This document shows positions 59,826-64,000 of a DNA stretch of 64,000 nucleotides, piece by piece; positions within the stretch are counted from its first letter, which is position 1, and each line of letters opens with the position of its first letter. Made by a program: the position numbers and the translations under genes. This DNA comes from Gemmatimonadota bacterium (GTDB lineage: Bacteria > Gemmatimonadota > Gemmatimonadetes > Palauibacterales > Palauibacteraceae), in contig JBDHAC010000003.1 in the NCBI GenBank assembly GCA_039588275.1, positions 17,707-81,706 of the forward strand. Reading direction: 5' to 3'. A model generated the notes under the pieces. The model searched no databases. It saw only the letters and a list, made by a program, of their open reading frames with translations, and was not told where the DNA came from.

Positions 59826-60389
59826 TCAACTAGATGCGTCTAAGAGTAATAAAGTATTATAGTTATATGAATTCAGCATGTGCCTGCCCGGCAGCCCGTC
59901 CAACTCGATCAGGAACCCCAATCCGCAGACGTTGCCCCCGAGCGTCTCGACGAGATTCGCCGTCGCCCGCGCGGTGCCGCCGGTCGCAAGCAGGTCATCG
60001 ATCACGAAGATCTGCTCCCCTTCCCGGATGCCTCCGCTCTGCATCTCGATCTGTGCGCTCCCGTATTCCAGCGCATAGTCGATCAGGGCCGTGTCGCCCG
60101 GAAGCTTGCCCGCTTTACGCGCGAGGACGAACGGGAGCCCGGCCTCCAACGCGACCGGCACGCCAAGCAGGAAGCCGCGTGACTCGATCCCGACGATCTT
60201 CTCAGCTCCCGCGCCCAACGCCCGTTCCGTCAGCCACCCCACGATCCGTCTCAGCAAGTGCGGGTCCTCGAAGAGAGGCGTGATGTCGCGGAACAGGACC
60301 CCGGGCTCGGGGAAGTCGGGATAGACGTGAAGCGCCTCGGCGACCTCGTCGACAAGGCTCGATGCATCGCTCATATCGTCGCCAACCAC
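59826..60389 (-). CDS. apt: adenine phosphoribosyltransferase
   Basis: PRPP motif VIDDLLATGGTA, with GIESRGF. Confidence 0.85.
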   Translation of the reverse strand: MVGDDMSDASSLVDEVAEALHVYPDFPEPGVLFRDITPLFEDPHLLRRIVGWLTERALGAGAEKIVGIESRGFLLGVPVALEAGLPFVLARKAGKLPGDTALIDYALEYGSAQIEMQSGGIREGEQIFVIDDLLATGGTARATANLVETLGGNVCGLGFLIELDGLPGRHMLNSYNYNTLLLLDASS

Positions 60390-60518
60390 CTCCGTACCGA
60401 CTCGACCGCACCGCGTTGCGGATGCGGGGTCAGCCCCCTGGAATTCTGGCGCACAAAGCTACCGGCGAAGAGGTCATGCCGCCACTCGCGAAGCCGTTCA
60501 CGCGGGTGCACGCCTCCG

Positions 60519-61415
60519 TCAGGTACCCGCCTCGGCTCGATGCCTGCGATGACTCCACCAGGTCAGCAGCGAGACGGCCACGAACCCGCCGATGGCGAGG
60601 AGGATCACGGGGGCGACGGAGTCCGCGGTGCTCGGCAAGCGCAGCGTGGTGTCGGCATTCGCCCAGGGCCACAGGGCTCGCAACGAACCGGCCATCAGGC
60701 CGATGAGGGCGGCCATGGTGGGATCGTGGTGACGGGCGAGCAGCCAGCTGAGGAACTTCGCGAACATGCCGAGGCCGAGCCCCGCCCCCAGCGCGAATAC
60801 GACCAGGAAGAGGAGATCTCGCTCGTCGATGGCTCGAAACGTCGGGGTGTACATGCCGACCACGAGCAGCAGGTGGGCGCCGCTCACGCCGGGGAGGATC
60901 ATCGCCGTGATGGCCACGACGGCCGTCAGGAAGATGGCGATGACGCCGGGGCTACCCGCGTCACGAGGCGGAAGTCCGACCAGCACGAAAGCGGTGACCC
61001 CCGCAGCGAGCGCGATCAGCACGTGATGGGCTCTCAATCCAGACATGCGTAACCAGGGGATCGCGAGCGAGCCGACGATCAGCCCGAAGAACAGCCCACG
61101 GCTTTGTTGCGGGTAGGTGTCGAGTAGATACGGAACGATCTTTCCGCCGACCACGAGGATCGCCACGACGCCGATGGCCAGCCCACCGATCAGCACCCAG
61201 TTGATGTCTGCCAGCTTCGTCCTCGCGCCCGCCACATCCAGCCTGGCCGCCTTCAGGAAGGCGGTGAAGCCCGCCGAGAGCGACGCTATGAGGTCCTCGT
61301 AGATGCCGAAGATGAGGGCCATGGTGCCGCCGCTGACGCCGGGAATGACGTTGGCGGAGCCGATCACGGCCCCGTGCACTACATGGGTCAGGAATCGCTT
61401 GATGGGTGCAGGCAT
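60519..61415 (-). CDS. DUF368 family membrane protein (PopT-like polyprenyl-phosphate transporter family)
   Basis: Duplicated PGVSGxxxL motif (PGVSGGTMALIFG, PGVSGAHLLLVVG). ATG at 61415 (MPAPIKRF) chosen because the upstream TTG-initiated extension is made of tandem repeats. Confidence 0.65.
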   Translation of the reverse strand: MPAPIKRFLTHVVHGAVIGSANVIPGVSGGTMALIFGIYEDLIASLSAGFTAFLKAARLDVAGARTKLADINWVLIGGLAIGVVAILVVGGKIVPYLLDTYPQQSRGLFFGLIVGSLAIPWLRMSGLRAHHVLIALAAGVTAFVLVGLPPRDAGSPGVIAIFLTAVVAITAMILPGVSGAHLLLVVGMYTPTFRAIDERDLLFLVVFALGAGLGLGMFAKFLSWLLARHHDPTMAALIGLMAGSLRALWPWANADTTLRLPSTADSVAPVILLAIGGFVAVSLLTWWSHRRHRAEAGT

Positions 61416-61433
61416 CGAGCTCGCTTCCAGCAG

Positions 61434-61505
61434 ATCGAAGTCAGTCAGCAGGCCGAAGTCAGTTAGCAGGCCGAAATCGGTTACCGGGCCGAAGTCAGTC
61501 TTGCT
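61434..61505. repeat. four 18-nt tandem repeats (gccgaagtcagtYagcag-like) between the pcm stop and the DUF368 start
   Basis: Units at 61434, 61452, 61470 and 61488. Confidence 0.8.
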
Positions 61506-62139
61506 CAACCAACGGGACGAAGCGGGCCCGGTCTACGGTCTCCCGCGCGAACTCGCTCCCGTTCCGCGTGATGCGGAGCAGGGTCTGTTCGCCCTCGTCG
61601 CCGATGGGTACGAGGAGACGCCCGCCCTCCCCGAGCTGGGCAAGTAACGCGCCAGGTAGGCTCGGCGCGGCCGCGCCGACCAGGATGACGTCGTATGGGG
61701 CTCGCTCGGGCCAGCCTCGGCTTCCATCGCCGACGCGGATGTGGGCGGACAGACCGATCGCCTCGAGCCGATTACGAGCCACCTCGGCGAGCGGTTCGAC
61801 GCGCTCCACCGAGTACACCTCCACCCCGAGCGAGACCAGGAGCGCGGTCTGGAAACCGGATCCCGTTCCCACCTCCAGGGCCCGCTCGCCTCCCACCAGC
61901 GCGGCGAGCTGCAGGTGGTACGCGTGGACCGAGGGTCGCGAGATCGTCTGACCGTGTCCGATCGGAAGCGCGGCGTCGTCGTACGCCTGGTGCTGGAGGG
62001 CCTCAGGGACGAAGTGGTGTCGCGGAACGCTGTCGAAGGCGTGCAGGATGGCAAGATCCTCGATTCCCGCTGCACGCAGCCGCTCGACCAGTCTGCGCCG
62101 GTCGCGCTTGAACTCGCTCAACCCGTCGTGAGCGGCCAC
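61495..62139 (-). CDS. pcm: protein-L-isoaspartate O-methyltransferase
   Basis: SAM motif LEVGTGSGFQTALL, with ALPIGHGQTISRP. GTG at 62139 is inferred and overlaps the surE 3' end. Confidence 0.8.
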   Translation of the reverse strand: MAAHDGLSEFKRDRRRLVERLRAAGIEDLAILHAFDSVPRHHFVPEALQHQAYDDAALPIGHGQTISRPSVHAYHLQLAALVGGERALEVGTGSGFQTALLVSLGVEVYSVERVEPLAEVARNRLEAIGLSAHIRVGDGSRGWPERAPYDVILVGAAAPSLPGALLAQLGEGGRLLVPIGDEGEQTLLRITRNGSEFARETVDRARFVPLVEQD

Positions 62140-62903
62140 GCGCGTACCTCTTCGATGAGTCGGAAGTTGGTGAGGTCGAGGTGGAGCGGCGTGATAGACA
62201 CGTACCCGGCCTCGATGGCTCGGAAGTCCGAATCCTCTCGGCCCCGCCAGTGGCTCTTCCCTCCCCCGATCCACACGTGTTCTCCTCGGTGCGGATCGGC
62301 GCTTCGAGTGACGGAGTCCGAATAGACGCGACGCCCGAGGGCCGTTATCCGGATCCCCTCGATGCGGTCTGCCGGGAGGTCGGGCAGATTGATGTTGAAG
62401 AAGGTCTCCTCGGGAAAGTCCGGCCGCTCCACGAGCCGCCCGAGCACTTCGGTGAGCAGGGTGCCGTACGATTCGAGCACGTCGATCGAGTCCCCGACAT
62501 ACGAGACCGCGACCGAAGGGATCCCGAGAATCGTTCCCTCCATCGCGGCGGCCACGGTCCCGGAGTAGAGGACGTCTTCACCCATGTTGGATCCGTGGTT
62601 CACTCCGGACAGCACGAAGTCGGGTCGATCTTCGAGCAGGTCGCTCACCGCGATCAACACGCAGTCGGTCGGAGTGCCATCCACGGTGTGATGCGTGGGG
62701 TCCAGTCGAGTGACGCGCAACGGCCGGTGCAGCGAGAGCGAGTGGCTGCTGCCGCTCTGCTCTCGATCTGGCGCTACGGTGTGGACCTCACCCAGCGTCG
62801 CCGCGGCTTCGGCCAGGACCTGCAGCCCCCGGGCGTCGATTCCGTCGTCGTTTGTGCAGAGAAGCCGCGGCGGCTCGGTCGTGCTCCTCTCGCTAGCCGG
62901 CAT
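62118..62903 (-). CDS. surE: 5'/3'-nucleotidase SurE
   Basis: LLCTNDDGIDARGL, with the conserved surE-pcm arrangement. Confidence 0.85.
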   Translation of the reverse strand: MPASERSTTEPPRLLCTNDDGIDARGLQVLAEAAATLGEVHTVAPDREQSGSSHSLSLHRPLRVTRLDPTHHTVDGTPTDCVLIAVSDLLEDRPDFVLSGVNHGSNMGEDVLYSGTVAAAMEGTILGIPSVAVSYVGDSIDVLESYGTLLTEVLGRLVERPDFPEETFFNINLPDLPADRIEGIRITALGRRVYSDSVTRSADPHRGEHVWIGGGKSHWRGREDSDFRAIEAGYVSITPLHLDLTNFRLIEEVRAWPLTTG

Positions 62904-63267
62904 CGGCTTGCGAGAGGAGTTCCACCAGCTCGTCCGCCTCGCGTCGCAGGTCGCTGATCGTCTCGGAGTCCCACGCGACCCGGGCGACCTTGTTCAGCTG
63001 CCCCTCTCGGCGTAGCTGCTCGAGCTTGAGACGAGCGCCTTCGATAGTATATCGCTCGGTGTACAGCAGGTGACGGAGGAGCTGGATGAGCTTGATCTCC
63101 TTCCGCCTGTAGACGCGGTTCCCGGCCTGGTTCTTGGAGGGGCGCAGAACGGAGAACTGACCCTCCCAATAGCGCAGGACGTGTGGCTTCAGGTCTGCGA
63201 TCTCGCAGACTTCACCGATCGAGTAGTATTCCTTCTCGGCGATCCGGTCGGACAACTCTAGCTCCAA
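62893..63267 (-). CDS. MerR-family transcriptional regulator
   Basis: HTH YYSIGEVCEIADLKPHVLRYWE, with a C-terminal coiled coil. Confidence 0.65.
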   Translation of the reverse strand: MELELSDRIAEKEYYSIGEVCEIADLKPHVLRYWEGQFSVLRPSKNQAGNRVYRRKEIKLIQLLRHLLYTERYTIEGARLKLEQLRREGQLNKVARVAWDSETISDLRREADELVELLSQADAG

Positions 63268-64000
63268 CGTTCGGGTTTCGGCTCGCGGGCCATCAGACGC
63301 GCCAACGCCTCGCGTGGCTCCACGCCCTCGTACAGGATCGAATATACGCCCTCGACGAGCGGCATCTCCACGCCTAGCCGCCCCGCGAGCTCATGTGCCG
63401 CTTTCGTGGTTCGGACCCCCTCCACCACTTGCTCCATCTCCGCGAGCACGTCATCGAGCGAGCGTCCACCGCCGATCGCCACGCCGACCGTGCGGTTTCG
63501 ACTCAGGTCACCGGTGCACGTGAGCACGAGATCTCCGAGTCCGGCCAGACCGGCCAGCGTAGTCTCTTCCGCGCCGAAGCGCCCGGCTAACCGCGTGATC
63601 TCGGCCAACCCACGGGTGATGAGGGCCGCCCGCGCGTTGCTTCCGAGTTGAAGGCCATCCGAGATCCCCGCGGCGAGCGCGATGATGTTCTTCAGCGAGC
63701 CCCCGAACTCGACACCGACGACATCCGACTGCGTGTACACCCGCAGATACGGGTTCTGGAACAGTCGTTGTACCTCCCCGGCGCTCTCCGCGCTACTGGC
63801 CGCGGCGACGACGGCCGTCGGCAATCGGCGCAGAAGCTCGTTCGCGAAGCTGGGTCCCGAGAACACGACGATCTTGTTCTCAATCGCCGGCCCGAGCACC
63901 TCGGCGATCACCTCGGACATCCGCATGTCCGTACCGATCTCGATTCCTTTGGCCGCGCTGATCAGGATCGGGTTGTCGAGGTGAGGCGACGCCGCTTCCG
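63258..64000 (-). CDS. gpsA: glycerol-3-phosphate dehydrogenase [NAD(P)+], C-terminal two-thirds (5' end beyond window)
   Basis: GSLKNIIALAAGISDGL, LITRGLAEI and GDLVLTCTGDLSRNR motifs. Confidence 0.8.
   Translation of the reverse strand, partial: EAASPHLDNPILISAAKGIEIGTDMRMSEVIAEVLGPAIENKIVVFSGPSFANELLRRLPTAVVAAASSAESAGEVQRLFQNPYLRVYTQSDVVGVEFGGSLKNIIALAAGISDGLQLGSNARAALITRGLAEITRLAGRFGAEETTLAGLAGLGDLVLTCTGDLSRNRTVGVAIGGGRSLDDVLAEMEQVVEGVRTTKAAHELAGRLGVEMPLVEGVYSILYEGVEPREALARLMAREPKPERWS

Overview
This is a high-GC (about 68-70%) chromosomal segment from a diderm (Gram-negative) bacterium, possibly Gemmatimonadota-like (a weak inference from gene content). About 65 protein genes were called by reading motifs in the supplied six-frame translations; nothing was searched or computed. 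Almost all of them sit on the + strand between 5.4 and 57.9 kb. I found no rRNA, tRNA, CRISPR array, transposase or phage genes.

The core content, in order along the window, is:
- a partial moaA and mdh;
- a complete 13-gene complex I operon (nuoA-N, with nuoC and nuoD fused);
- a phosphohexomutase, arcC, sucCD and ndk;
- yceD-rpmF-plsX-fabD-fabG-acpP-fabF, with no fabH;
- purE, ispF, a DedA-family gene and xerC/D;
- the LPS supercluster kdsB-pyrG-kdsA-kdsC-kdsD-lptC-lptA-lptB-rpoN;
- on the minus strand at the right end, apt, a DUF368 gene, pcm, surE, a MerR-family regulator and a partial gpsA.

Two regions look like accessory or novel systems.
1. A roughly 9-kb envelope-glycosylation island sits directly downstream of rpoN (46.0-55.1 kb). 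It carries two polyprenol-phosphate-sugar synthase-like GT2 genes, a GT-C-like membrane protein, a GT4 gene, an FkbM-like methyltransferase, an 807-aa YfhO-family protein and a flippase-like LPG-synthase-TM protein. This is the CsbB/GtcA/YfhO plus ArnC/ArnT logic placed in a diderm with no known acceptor. Both known C55-P translocase families (DedA and DUF368) are also in the window.
2. A K+ homeostasis module follows (55.1-57.9 kb): a voltage-gated K+ channel with a C-terminal zinc ribbon, then a CPA2 cation/H+ antiporter fused to a PtsN-like PTS EIIA(Ntr) domain. This is the position that hpf and ptsN occupy after rpoN in Proteobacteria.

Other notable features:
- LptA is about 730 aa with a roughly 560-aa low-complexity tail built from 11-aa (33-nt) tandem repeats, and LptC has an 8-aa tandem-repeat tail.
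- Four 18-nt tandem repeats lie in front of the DUF368 gene.
- A nested 44-nt hairpin sits between the channel and the antiporter.
- A GTGAA-N4-TTCAC palindrome lies at the nuoA start.
- An AT-rich island lies at the 3' end of apt.
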